A stretch of 64,000 nt of DNA from Octopus vulgaris. Taxonomy: Eukaryota. Made by a program: the position numbers and the translations under genes. Positions 41,015 to 53,756 of the stretch are shown here, one piece after another (positions within the stretch are counted from its first letter, which is position 1; each line of letters starts with the position of its first letter). The stretch covers positions 47,926,001 through 47,990,000 of the forward strand of contig OX597818.1 in the NCBI GenBank assembly GCA_951406725.2, read 5' to 3'. The notes beneath the pieces are model-generated. The model was not told where the DNA came from. It saw only the letters and a program-made list of their open reading frames with translations, and searched no databases.

Positions 41015-41395
41015 ATGGTTCCAGGTTCAATCCCACTGCGTGGCACCTTGGGCTACCCTCTTCTACTATAGCCTCGGGCCGACCAAAGCCTTGTAAGTGG
41101 ATTTGGTAGACGGAAACTGAAAGAAGCCTGTCGTATACACACACACACACATATATATATATACATACATGTATGTATGTGTGTGTTTGTTATTTGTATC
41201 TGTGTTCGTCCCCCCCCCAATATCGCTTCACAACCGATGTTGGTGTGTTTGCATCTCCGTAATCAAGCAGTTCGGCAAAAGAGTCCGATAGAATAAGTAC
41301 TAGGCTTACAAAGAATAAGTCCTAGGGTAGATTTTTTCGACTAAAGGTGGTGCTCCAGCATGGCCGCCGTCAAATTACTGAAACAAGTAGAAGAA
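41015..41395 (+). mobile_element. SINE A, 5'-clipped
   Basis: Match to family. Confidence 0.85.
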
Positions 41396-41636
41396 TTACA
41401 GGGTATTACTATTATCATATATTAGAACCGTTAAAAGTATCAACATACTTTGTTGTCAAACGTTGAACCCGTATGGAGTATTCAAGTCTATGTTTTCCCA
41501 ATATAGTTAAGAGCTTTAAAAAATGCATGTTAATGCGTGAACGTCTTGAAAAAATGTTATTTATTTTGTTAAATACAAGTACGATTATTAAAGAAAGATC
41601 AGTAATAGATTCTGAATTGGTAACTTAAAAAATAGC

Positions 41637-42220
41637 TTTACTCTTTTACTGTTTCAGTCATTTGACTGTGGCCATGCTGGAGCACTGCCTTTAGTCGAGC
41701 AAATCGACCCCAGGACTTATTCTTTGTAAGCCTAGTACTTATTCTATCGGTCTATTTTGTTGAACCGCTAAGTTACGGGGACGTAAACACACCAGCATCG
41801 GTTGCCAAGCGATGTTGGAGGGACAAACACAGACACACAAACACATCGCCATGATAGATCGGTAGCCTCTACACACATTTTTCTCTCTCCTTGTTTCTTT
41901 TTGTGTTCCTTTCTGTGGAAGAGCGTATGCTCGAAACGTAAAAGACTTTTTCAATTCCTGAGCGTTATACTAATACATCTGTTTGTTTTCTACACCACCT
42001 GTCTTCGTCTTTTGTTTTTTTCGTGAATTCTCCCTATATACATATATACATATATATGACGGGCTTCTTTCAGTTTCCGTCTACCAAATCCACTCACAAG
42101 GCTTTGATCGGTCCGAAGCTATTGTAGAAGACACATGCCCAAGGTGCAACGCAGTGGGACTGAACCCGGAACCATGTGGTTTGTAAGCAAGCTACTTACC
42201 ACACAGCCACTCCTACGCCT
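41637..42220 (-). mobile_element. SINE A with a Penelope-like fragment in its microsatellite
   Basis: SINE halves separated by an insert at about 41845-42034. Confidence 0.88.
41909..41944 (+). ncRNA. Ultra-minimal hammerhead-like motif (A6U)
   Basis: CTTT-CTGTGGA-a-GAGC gtat GCTC-GAAA-cg-TA-AAAG. Confidence 0.5.
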
Positions 42221-42844
42221 ATGTTTAATTTTCCATGCAAACTTTATTGAATTTCCACACCATTACGTGCTCTTCGTTCTAAAATTATCTAAAAATTAAT
42301 GAAAAAAAATGAAGAAAAAAAAGACCAAAGCCTTGTGAAGAACTGCTGTAATAAGTGTCTAAATCTTAAAGGGGGAACATGTTGAATAAAATCATAATGA
42401 ACTGATCCTCCTGTATTTTCTTTTATCCAAATCCAGGAACTTTTCAGCACCCTCCCCCCCCCACACACACACGTGTGTTTGTGTGTGTAATATCATATGT
42501 ATCCGTGCGTGCATATGTGCCTGTCTCCCATCACCGGTTTTGGGCTGTCTACGTCCCCGTAACTTAGCCGTTCAGCAAAACACAATAGAATAAGCTTTAA
42601 AAAAGAATAAGTACTGGGAATCGGTTCGCTCGAGGCAGTGACGTAGCTCAGCCACAGTCCAATGACAGGAACAAGTAAAAGATAATCATGGGAAACTACT
42701 CGGCCTTTAAATATAAGAGTAATCTCCCTTAGTACAGTCGCGTTTGGGCTTCTTTAAAGTTTTTGGTTATTAGTAAAAATGGTTTGGATAGAAATTTGTT
42801 GTGATTAAGCTTGTGAAATAATTCATCATCATCATTGTTCGACC

Positions 42845-43115
42845 GTGGAAGCGCCATCCAACCAAAATGCAAATATATGGGAAACTACCTGTGTCATCTC
42901 TTGTGAAAGGTAGAAGAGTCCAGTTTGCTGGACATTGTTGTAGAGCTGAAAAAGAGGTAATTTCTACTCTTCTCCTAGAGGGCGCACACTCTCCTACCCT
43001 GATGTAATCTCCAGGGATACAGGCATCCAGCAACAGGACCTCCGTAATGCCATGATGGACCGTGAAGTCTGGCGTAGCATGGTAAATTCCATTGTCTTGA
43101 CCACGATGTGAAATA
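42845..43115 (+). mobile_element. RTE-group LINE 3' end fragment
   Basis: WKRHPTKMQIYGKLP..RRVQFAGHCCRA...AMMDREVWRSMV. Confidence 0.75.
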
Positions 43116-43273
43116 ATACCGATAGGTAGGAGGGAGGGAGCCCTAACTATTTTCATAGTTTTTTTCTAGAAAAGGAAAACTCTGATGTAAAACCTGTGGT
43201 CATCTCACCTCGGCCTGTCGTTAAGTAATAATCACAGAACCTCAAGGAGTGATACAGTCAACACCCGCTTAAG

Positions 43274-43440
43274 TGGAGGCGCAATGGCTCAGTGTTTAGG
43301 GCAGCAGACTCGCAGTCGTAAGAACGCGGTTTCGATTCCTAGACTGGGCATTATGAGTGTTTATTGAGCGAGGCTCCGGTGGGTGGGGGTGAACCCCGCT
43401 GTACTCTTTCACCACAACTTTCTCTCACTCTTTCTTCCTA
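43274..43440 (+). mobile_element. SINE C 5' part
   Basis: Head matches family. Confidence 0.8.
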
Positions 43441-45009
43441 CTTCTACCACAAAGCAGAGGAACCATGGTGTAACCCACTATGGTGTGGTAAACTTTCAGA
43501 CCCTAGTCTAGATTGCGAATCCTCTGTACTCCAGGATGGTTCAGCTCTCCACCCGTTAAAAGCCACCGTTTAAGGAATGAGGATAACAACGTAGCTTTCG
43601 CGCCCGTGCAATCGCCAGTCTATCGCGTGTGGTGGGTGGATCTTCAAGTTGCCAGAAGCATTCTTAGTAGCTTAGAGTAAGCTCCAATTAGAAATTATTC
43701 TTTGTGGTTAATGGCGTGAGTCCTGACTGGAAGAAGAAGAAGAAGAAGAAGATACCCGCTGAATGGTGAACTAGGCATGCCGTAGCTGATGATGCCACAC
43801 ATGCACTACGTCAGCGATACCTCCTTTGTTTCCTTGAAGGTGGGCTGGTGCGGTCGCTTTGTGCCAAACACATTTTTTTTTTTTGTAGCCCATCTCTTTG
43901 ACTGAGCTGCACTCTTAGATTAGATCAAGCATAGACCGATGCAAAGCACCCAGCATTTAGAGTGCTGTCAGATACTTCCGGCTCTCTGCCAACCGAGCAA
44001 TGTGGTCGGTGTAAGTTTTATTTTGGCGTTCTATAGAGGTTTTGTGGCACGCAAGAGGGACGACGTTATCGCGAAGACTCTGGGCGTTGATGAGAATCAA
44101 CTGGCTGGTCTGTTGCGGAGGATTTTCGAGCCGAGGCCCATGGATAATTTCCAGAAATCCTTAGCTTGGCGATGTTCCAGGGTGTCTTGATGGTTCGAAA
44201 CGAACCTACAAACGTAGAAGTGTCGTCCTCTACAAACATGGAAGTGCCGTCCTCCGGCCCCGAGATGCGCGCAGAGCAATACAACTTTTTTTATACACAC
44301 TCGTCCAGTGCCAGTTTTATTGAGTTATTTCGAATACCTGCTGTTAAGTGTAGGGCGAATCCGGCAACCAGTTAATTTCCTTTCTTTGGCCAGGAAGTAT
44401 AAGCAGTCTTTATCTGCCTGGTGACTTTGCCAAAAGAGGTGGTGTGTTGTATGATATCGAAAGAGTTGAAAGCAGGCACCTTCCTCGTTGACAAAGTCCT
44501 CATCAGCTTTTTCTTGTTTCACTTCAAAGGAAAACAAAGGTAAAGATGGACGTGCTGCTTTCCAGCAAATTTGTTTAAAAGGTAGATGAGAGGGGCGTGC
44601 AGGGTCCTAGGGAGCGGGCCTGCCCTGGGCATGCGCCTGTAGATTAGCAGAGCACAAATGGGTGAGGGCTGTTACTTTAATACACAGAGTATCCGTAGTT
44701 GTGTGGGATTTCATAGAATAGCATTCAGAGAGTCCTAATGTTTCAAGTGCAACGGCATTAATGTCAGTGAAGTACTTAAGGATGGGTGACATGAAAGAGC
44801 AGAGTATTTGATGGCCTGGACATACGGAAACTGCGCAAATCTTAATCTCCCAAAACTGAGATAAAATCAGAAATTTAAGTCTTTATATCCTGAAGTTTAA
44901 TTTCAACAATTGCTGTTCTAATTTAAAACTATTGTTTTGTTATTCGAATTGATAAAACCATATGATAATAATAATTTTTAAAATGGTGTCATTCTTTTTA
45001 TTATTCTAA

Positions 45010-45222
45010 GACAGCGAGCTGACAGAAAGGTTAACACGCCGGGTAGAATGCTCAGCGGTATTTCGTCTGCCGTTACGTTCTGAGTTCAAATTCCGCCGAG
45101 GTCGACTTTGCCCTTCATCCTTTGGGGGGCTCTATAGATTAAGTACCAGTTGCGTACTAGATCGATCTAATCGACTGGCTCCCTCCCCTAAAATTTCAGG
45201 CCTTATGCCTAGAGTAGAAAAT
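45010..45222 (+). mobile_element. SINE B with alternative tail
   Basis: Tail ...GGCCTTATGCCTAGAGTAGAAA, as at 38714 and 21918. Confidence 0.85.
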
Positions 45223-45244
45223 TTTCCTTTTATTATTCTATGTT

Positions 45245-45922
45245 GGCAGGACCTCATTGCAAGGACCTTGCCTTATGCAGCAATGATGAGGCCAGTTTCT
45301 GGTTGAAGATCAGCTGTTCTGAGCCATTTGTATGTCCTGTGTTGGTCGACGCCAACGTCCTTCACTCATTATGCATATTTTCCGCGCATTGCTCTTATCT
45401 CCCATTTTGCATTTAGTTGGGCTTTTTTATTCTTGGTTTTTGTCCTTTTTTGCCTTTTGGTGGTTGTCAGCAAGTGGTAATTCTGGAATCTCCAGTTCGT
45501 TGTGCTTTTTAGCCTTTTTTTTTTTGTTATGGAGTAGGTGTTTTTCCGTCCATCGCGAGTTTTGGTTATTTGTAGGAGAGGACCTCTTGTTGCCTCAAGG
45601 TACTTATGCAACCTCTATGGTAGTAGGTTCGCATGTTAGTTCTCTCTGGACAAGGCCACAGTCACCTCGAAAGATACACTTTGAAAGATATAGTTTGTCA
45701 GTATCTTCTTTTGGAACGTGCAGTTTCTCCATTGATAGCATATTCCGTATTTTTGGCTTCTAGTTTCTTCAGACCGTTCACTGTTCATTTGATGATGCTG
45801 AAGTTTTAAGTTACAGCTGGTATTGTCAGTGTGTTGAGGGCTTCATATTTATCAGCAGCATTCAGTTCAAGTCTGAGCACCGTATTAACTTTTCGATAAA
45901 ATTGTTTTCTAATTTTTTCCAT
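45245..45922 (-). mobile_element. R4/Dong-type non-LTR element fragment (post-RT region)
   Basis: MEKIRKQFYRKVNTVLRLELNAADKYEALNTLTIPAV...PKEDTDKLYL...KWLRTADLQPETG.IIAA. Confidence 0.75.
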
Positions 45923-45959
45923 CATCATCATCATCATCGTCATGATCATCATCATTATT

Positions 45960-46272
45960 GAGTGAGAGAGCAGTGCATGCCATCAAAGTGACACTGGGGT
46001 AAAATATACGAAGCCCAGTATACCCATCATGACTACCCGTCTGATAAGAGTACACTAGGCACATGCATCACAACCATATGTGCGCAACATGGTGATCTCA
46101 TATCAAGATCAACAGTACATGACCTTGCAGGTGGGGCCCAGTTAGGATTTTCTTCTGGTCGAGTAACCCATACCGTTGAAAAGGTCCCTGAATAAAGGTT
46201 GTTTAAGGATGTTGAACGAAACACCCATGTTTCCAGAGGTGAATTATTCAAACCCCAAAGAATCCCTCTCAA

Positions 46273-46309
<37 letters not shown>

Positions 46310-46965
46310 GAGTGAGAGAGCAGTTCATGCCATCAAAGTGACACTGGGGTAAAATATACAAAGCCCATTATACCCATCATGACTACCTGTCTGATAAGGG
46401 TACACTACGCACATGCATCACAACCATATGTGCGCAACATGGTGATCTCATATCAAGATCAACAGTACATGACCTTGCAGGTGGGGCCCAGTTAGAATTT
46501 TCTTCTGGTCGAGTAACCCATACCGTTGAAAAGGTCCCTGAATAAAGGTTGTTTAAGGATGTTGAACGAAACACCCATGTTTCCAGAGGTGAATTATTCA
46601 AACCCCAAAGACTCCCTCTCAACATTATTATTATTATTATTATTATTATTGAGTGAGAGAGCAGTTCATGCCATCAAAGTGACACTGGGGTAAAATATAC
46701 GAAGCTCAATATACCCATCATGACTACCCGTCTGATAAGGGTACACCAGGCACATGCATCACAACCATATGTACGCGACATGGTGATCTCATATCAAGAT
46801 AAACAGCACATGACCTTGCAGGTGGGGCCCAGTTAGGATTTTCTTCAGGTCGAGTAACCCATCCCGCTGAAAAGGTCCCTGAATAAAGGTTGTTTAAGGA
46901 TGTTGAACGAAACACCCATGTTTCCAGAGGTGAATTATTCAAACCCCAAAGACTCCCTCTCAACA
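45960..46965 (-). repeat. Three tandem 315-bp units separated by (TAA)n
   Basis: 45960-46274, 46310-46624 and 46651-46965, highly similar with identical boundaries. Confidence 0.95.
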
Positions 46966-46968
46966 TTA

Positions 46969-47017
<49 letters not shown>

Positions 47018-47455
47018 GGATGTCGCACAGTATACAATATCGTGAGGTTGTTGATTGAAGATATTGTATCTACTGGGGGGTTTGTACTGTTTGTCAAGTC
47101 ACAACAAGAACCTCAGACAGACAGCACTTTACGCAATATGCGTACAGCTCCAAGTAATGCCGACTTTTGCAATACATCTAGGTTGTAGAGTATTTTTAAG
47201 ATTTTCAGATGTTTTTCCAGATTGGGGGTGGGGGTATTGAAGCCAATGCTCCGATGACAATAGGGATAACCTTTATGTTCGACTCTCGTAGCTGCCACAT
47301 CTTAGCGATCTCAATTCTCAGGTCTCCATATTTATCAACTTTTTCTCTTCCTTTCATGACGATGTGTTGATCTCCTGGTACTGCTACATCGATTAGGCAC
47401 TCTTGTCTGTCCCTCCTAAAGGTTACTATATCCGACCTTCGCTGCTCTAACAAGA
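46966..47455 (-). mobile_element. R4/Dong-type element 3' end (restriction-like endonuclease, 3' UTR, (TAA)n tail)
   Basis: RRSDIV...LIDVAVPGD...EKVDKYGDL..EI..MW...VIPIVIGAL...LQKSALLGAVRILRKVL. Confidence 0.85.
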
Positions 47456-47460
47456 CTCCC

Positions 47461-47800
47461 ATCCTCTACAGCGAGCTCCTCAATGGCAAACGACATCGAA
47501 TAACTCCAAAACGCAGATTCAAAGACAAACTGAAGTCTTCCCTTCTTCAAGCCAGCGCAAGCCTTAACCCCTGGAAATCAAAAGCCGCCGACCGGCCATC
47601 CTTGCGAAGAGCAATTCATTTTGGTTGTTCCACTTTTGAGGAGAGGAGAAAGGCTGAAGAAGAAGCAAAAAGAAGGCAATGGAAAGGTTCAGCAATTTCA
47701 GCCAAGACCACCGTCTGCCCTGTCATGCGAGCAATGACCGAGACTGTTTCGTTTCCGACATGACCTTCTGACCCATGTCAGGTTTAAGCACCATGGAAGC
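47461..47800 (+). mobile_element. RTE/BovB-type LINE C-terminal fragment
   Basis: ILYSELLNGKR...PKRRFKDKLKSSL...AADR...FEERR, then a decayed C2H2-like tail. Confidence 0.8.
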
Positions 47801-47917
47801 ACCAGATAAAACAAACTCGGACACAAATGGTGGGCGCCGACAATTGTAACTACATGTGGATTGTTGGCGATTTTTTTTCGTCTGTCTTGATTTTCTTTTG
47901 GAATTTCCTCTGTCTCT

Positions 47918-47954
47918 TGTTTCTGAAGAAGAGCTTTGCTCGAAACGTAAAACA
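47918..47954 (+). ncRNA. Ultra-minimal type I hammerhead in a Penelope-like fragment (about 47826-48058)
   Basis: TGTTT-CTGAAGA-a-GAGC ttt GCTC-GAAA-cg-TA-AAACA; fragment ends in (TA)n. Confidence 0.7.
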
Positions 47955-50880
47955 CCCTTTCTTTCCTTCCTTGGGTGTCTTATTAATACTTTGCATGTAC
48001 CACGTCCTCGCGATGTTGTTTTTTTCTTGTGTTTTTCTCCGTTTTCTTTTATCAATTATATATATATGAACTTTTACTGTACTTTGTTCTCAGGGTCTGT
48101 GTGTACAAGTTCAATCATATGTATTTTCTCTGATCTGGAAATACTTAAGTACTACAACATATTAAAATTTGTCAAAACCTTACCAACGTAAGTGTCCTGT
48201 AGCAGAATAATATAGATTGATTATATCTTCGATTTCGTTCCATAGTTAAGTTGTTTGCTTCTTAACGTGAAGATAAGATATAGCAACGTTTAAAGTAGAA
48301 GACGTATCACGTGACTAACAAAGAATATAGTTTTTTTTTAAAAGATTTTCTTTGTTAAGACTGCACCTTCAATACTAATCATGTGAACTTTACACCAACG
48401 CAATTAAAAAAATTCAGAAAAAATACTGTTTCAAAATAAGTTGTGCTTTGTGGTTTCCCAATAAACTCTCAACAATCTTACTTTCCAAAATTACCGAGCA
48501 ATTTCTTGTTACTGCTAGAATTATTTGTATATCACATATGTTGGGATATTCATTATCACAATGTAGGTTTCTTGATGTTTGGTAAAATATATAAAAGAAA
48601 AATGTAATTTTATCAGATGCCCCGCAGACATCTGCTAAAATTGTTTATATTGGGTTCGAAGTATTTTCGAAATAATAAAGGGCCCTTTGTCTCCGATCAA
48701 TGAATGGAAGACGAATTTAATGAATCTTTGGAAATAACTGAAGAAGTTTTATGCTTCCGGCCTGTTTATTGTCTGAAGGAGGGAGTAGCTTTCGCTTTTG
48801 TTGTTTGATATGTTCATGAATTTATCAGTCAGTTTTCGTAAGAACAAGAAAATAGATTCGATCATCGCAAAGCACTAGAATGGCTCGGCACCCATGAAAG
48901 TGTGCTACTTCACTCAATGAAAGGAAGTGGAAAGAAACCGTTTTAGAAAACAGAGTAACTATTAACACAGAGCTTTAAGCTCAAATTGCAACAGAAAAGC
49001 GAAAATTAACGAGCTGTTCTCCATAGAATTTTCCAGTGTATAATATTTTGCTAGGAACTTTAAACCTTACATTGTGTGGTCACAAGGAATCTCACAGACA
49101 GGTAGAGGGAAGTAATTTTTGAAATGTTGTGTTAGTGTTTTAATAACACTACAAAATCTCCAGAATTGCTTTTCAAACCGTTATTTTGTCATGAAAGATT
49201 TCCCAAATATTGAAGAGAACCCCGGAGGAATATCCCTTAGTGCAGAATGAGTATATTCAGGTTGATTGTTTCTATTGTTCGTCAGAAATTGCATATAATT
49301 TTATAAGGCCAAATATTTTATTTTCCTGATTGAATCTACTCCACATCAAACACATCTAGAGGAAACGGAAGAAATTGCTCATTACGTTGATATTGATTTT
49401 AAGGGGGAAATAATTTTTGTAAAAGCGTCTTGTCTTGGATTTATCCAGTTAAAACGTAAGGTTGCTAAAACTTTCGTGGAAGTAATTTTGGAATAACTTG
49501 TAAACATGTCGTTAGAAGATTTTAAAGCTGTGACTGTACTACGTCTATTACTGGTTATGAACGCTTTCTTCAACAGAAGATTAATGCAAACAGTTGCAAA
49601 GCTATTTCTATAAGTTATACACTATTCTTTAATTTGGTTGAAGCGTGAGCAGTCAACCGTTTGATTTAACATCACCTCTTGTAACAACATTCTTATTTTG
49701 AACATCAATCATGTTTTGCAAACGTTTCACTGTGATATTAGAATATCCATGAGCAGCTGTCTTCACAGTCTCTATTCTTCAAGCCCCATTGAGTTTCGAA
49801 TTCAGATTTGACAACAATTTTTGTGGTGTCGTTCAGCTTTTGCCAACGGTAAAATGAGCAGAAAAAGTATGACTAAATCAAGCGAATTGAACTGAAAACA
49901 GTTAATGCCAGTAAGTAACGCTAATTTCTTTCCTGATGCAATTAGAACTTGAAGCTCTCTGTTAATGGTGCTTCTAGTTTCTAAAACGATTTCTTTCCAC
50001 TTTCTTTCATTGGGTGAAACAGCACCCTTTCATGAATGCTAAGTCGTTCGAATGTTTTGCAATGGTCAAATCTATTTTCTTGTTCTTACGAAGATCGACT
50101 GACAATTCACAAATTGTTTGATATAAATAACAAACGCGAAATGTTACTTCCTCTTCTAGAGAGTAAACATGTTGAGAGTATAAAACCGATTTACAACCAT
50201 TTCCTAACATTCACTAAATTTTGACTTTTAATTTCTTGGTTTCACTTGAATTTTGTAAAAGAATTCTTCTACCCTTTTCAAAAACGGTTTCAAGTGCATA
50301 ACCATGAATTTTATGAAACTGCTTAGGATATGAATGGCCTTCAATATTATTTTTTAAGATGTTGAGAATCATTGACTTGTGAACCGCTAGAAGGGAAATT
50401 TGGTTGAGATTGTGATGACTGGAAAAAAGAAGCAAAAAGGCACCCAGAAAGAAATGACAAACGCTTGGATACGAAAAGGTGTGAAAGACGAACTGAACGT
50501 AAGGGAAAATCTATTGATTGTTTGTATAACGATATAGAAGAATTAATTTTCGGTCTCCTTGATTTTGATTCAAAGTTTTGGATTTCTTTTTGGTGTTAGA
50601 AGGTTAGAATTTGCGTTAGATGAATGAAACAGTATTCATTGTGTCTTTTTGGGGCTGTACTGATAAAGAGGATTTAAGAATTATGAAGAAATCTTAAGTT
50701 CTGAGATGTTTCTGAAAATTTACTCAAGCATTCAGAACTTAGTTTCTCAATACACCATAAAGATGAAATAGTTTTCCTAAATTTGAAAGCAACTATTCAG
50801 GCAATGCACGCTATTGTATTTTAATTGTCAGTAGTGAGCAATCTTTCAGCAAGGTGAGACTGATTTTATCATATTTATCA

Positions 50881-51268
50881 GGCGCAGGCGTGGCTGTGTA
50901 GTAAGAAGCTTGCTTCCCAACCACATGGTTCCAGGTTCAGTCTCACAGCGTGACACCTTGGGCAAGAGTCTTCTACTATAGTCTTGGGCCGACCATAGCT
51001 TTGTGAGTGGATTTGGTAGACGGAGACTGAAAGAAGCCTGTCGCATAGATATGTAAATATCTGTGTGTGTGTGTGTGTCTTTGTGTTTGTCCCCCAACAC
51101 CGCTTGACAACCGGCGTTGGTGTGTTTACGTCCCCGTAGCTTAGTGGTTCGGTAACTGAGACCAATAGAAAAAGTACTAGGTTTTAATAAATAAGTCCTG
51201 GGGCCAACTTGATCGACTAAAGACCCTCCAGCATGGCCACAGTCAAATGACTGAAACAAGTAAAGGAA
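50881..51268 (+). mobile_element. SINE A inserted in the hAT dimerisation domain
   Basis: Full-length; ATATTT on both sides. Confidence 0.9.
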
Positions 51269-51367
51269 TATTTGAAAGATTTAATGAGCCAAATGAAGAA
51301 AGACTGATAGTTTTAGCCTAACTCTCAACGCTGGACGATAAAAAAAACTGAAAACACATTTTGATGA

Positions 51368-51698
51368 CTATATATATAAAGCTGAAGTTGCCTGTGTATG
51401 GCAGGTTTGGTAGCCTTCAACTAACACTATCTCCTCCGAGACCCTGCGGTGCAAGTTGACCAAAATTGATAGTTAACACCAAAAATTCTTTACATCAAAA
51501 AGGTGCTTTTTTTCTCTGAAAATCCCTATTTTTTTACGATTTTTTGACTGCTGTGTCGCCATTTTTCGGTGTATTTCAACCAGAAAAATGTTCACATAAA
51601 GAGAATAACAAGCTAGATAATGCAAAATTTTTACTTTTCAAAAATTCCAATTCTAAAAGGTCGAAACAAACCCGAGCAACGCCGGGCGATACTGCTTG
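51368..51698 (+). mobile_element. Second Helitron-like copy (internal deletion)
   Basis: High similarity to 23940-24312; same 3' hairpin; ends CTTG. Confidence 0.85.
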
Positions 51699-53296
51699 TT
51701 ACTGATAAACTTGCATCGTGTGTGATGTTAAAGATCCTTTGCATACATCTTGGTTATGTCTTTCCAGCAAGTAATATCTTTCCACTCTTCACTAAATATA
51801 GTTAGACTGAAATAAGTCGTCAGCTTATTGGAATTTTTCCACAGGAAATGTTTGAGTTTCTACTGCATCAACAATGTTTGCTGCTTTTCGTCAAGAGAGA
51901 CAGTGATCAAATATTCACATTTGAATTTACCACAACGTATTAAGAACGAATAGAGACATTATTGTTTGGATTCTCATTGCTTTACATGCACCTCATGAAC
52001 TATTATCTGCTTGGTTGACACCAACACCCATCAGCAAATAATTTCTTTGCTGATTCCTATAAACAAGAGCTCATGCGCTTGTCAGATTTACTGGTTCGGT
52101 GAGGTAGCTTGGACTGAGAAGGCACACAATAAGATCGAAACAGTGCAGCGCCTTAAAGTCTTCTTACATCAATGAATCACGCGTCTTATGAACATACATC
52201 GTTTAAAGGGAAGAAACGTTCTCCGATGACGAAAAACAGCGGTCAGATATACATGTTTGAATCTGCCAGAATATATTAAAAATTAATAGATTCGTTAATA
52301 ATTGCATTTGATTAATATTTTCATGCTTCTTTTGAATACCGGTACCAAAAATCAAATCTGAACGTTTTAAAACTTATAATTCGAATTTGAACGTAGCTTC
52401 TTACTTTCTGTGTTAGTACGAGAGTTAATTGTTAAATAAATAATGCTTGTGGATTTGAAATATTGCTACACCATACAAATAGGAAATACGATTTATAAAT
52501 AAATTTCCTGCTTTTCCAATCCCTGTAATTCGCCCAACCCACAGTTCTCGCTATTTCTAGAACCATTTAAGATGTGTACTTGATATGGCATGTTAACAGT
52601 TAGCCTGCACTAAAGCGCATTGTTCTAATCTTATCGAAGTAATTGAAGTTGCTGCAAGAATTAGACAACAAAAATTTTATAAATGCCCAATAACACTATT
52701 ATCAGGATATATAACGTTCTTCCAGCATAATGGCATCTGCTGCCGTTTTTCCTTACCCCAGTTTTAACTTCTCTGCCGCAATTTGAAAGAGACATACCAA
52801 ATAAATAATTTGTTCAACAATTACCAAAGCTTGATCAGTAAAAATGACGGTTTTGATGTGAGCGACAATTTAGCAGCTTACTAGTAATAAAGCAACATTG
52901 TAGGTTATCAATTTTCTGCTTACATCAAAACCCGTTACAATAATATTTTAATTTTGAAATAAAAACTTAGAAAACTTAGATTCGTGATTGTAGTCGTTGG
53001 ATCATATATAAAACGGTAAAAAGAAAAATTAATAGAGCAATAATAAATCTCTGAGCGATTTACCCACTACAATAACAAGAATAACGACAACCAATTACCT
53101 CCCTTTATTTATCTACTTGTGAAGTCATTCACTCGTTAATTTCATCACACACAACATGGACCAAATTTCTTCTTAAGAAAAAATATATATTCAAATAAGT
53201 AAAACATAATATCATGAATAGCGATAGCGAAACCGGTCGATATATTAAAAATTATATTAAAACTATGTAAGTGTGCGTATTTTCCCTTTTTAATTT

Positions 53297-53334
<38 letters not shown>

Positions 53335-53375
53335 TATATACATATATATATGTATGCATGTATGTATGTATGTAT

Positions 53376-53581
53376 CGTCAGTAAATCATAAATCCGAGAG
53401 CTGTAGAGTATTCAGATAAAGATATTTATGGCCGGTTCATAGGGTTACCCAGGGTTTCGAAGCGCCTTCGAAGCGCCTTCGAAGAGAGGTTATAGGCCAC
53501 CGACTCCTAGGGTTTTATAAGACGTATGTAAAGTCAAGCGCTTCATGGACGCAATACCCTGGGTAACCTTTTTGAACCGGC

Positions 53582-53582
<1 letters not shown>
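53376..53582. mobile_element. Penelope-like fragment with inverted hammerhead 3' halves
   Basis: Inverted arms 53430-53455/53556-53582; minus GAAA-CCCTGGG-TA-ACCCT; microsatellite flanks. Confidence 0.55.
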
Positions 53583-53638
<56 letters not shown>

Positions 53639-53719
53639 TAAGGGCACACGGAGTGCCTACCTGTAGATAGTAATAACAATAATAATATCTTTATAAATAT
53701 TCGCTTTTGAATATTTACT

Positions 53720-53756
<37 letters not shown>

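Larger units (their letters stand above)
48560..51720 (+). pseudogene. Decayed, rearranged hAT transposase (ZMYM1-like/Tip100 type) with nested SINE and Helitron
   Basis: NLTLCGHKES..GSNF; VQNEYI; AKYFIFLIESTP...HYVDI...LGFIQL; YSLI/LNLV-like; FFCSFYRWQKL..ETQW (inverted); FPNLKATIQ...SSEQSFSKVRLILSYL dimerisation domain; many stops. Confidence 0.8.

Noticed and set aside
45960-46965. CRISPR-like array, or an HDV-like ribozyme in the 315-bp unit
   Set aside because: Units are long with microsatellite spacers in a eukaryotic context; GGT-TACTCG-ACC resembles P3/L3 but P1, P1.1 and P2 could not be formed
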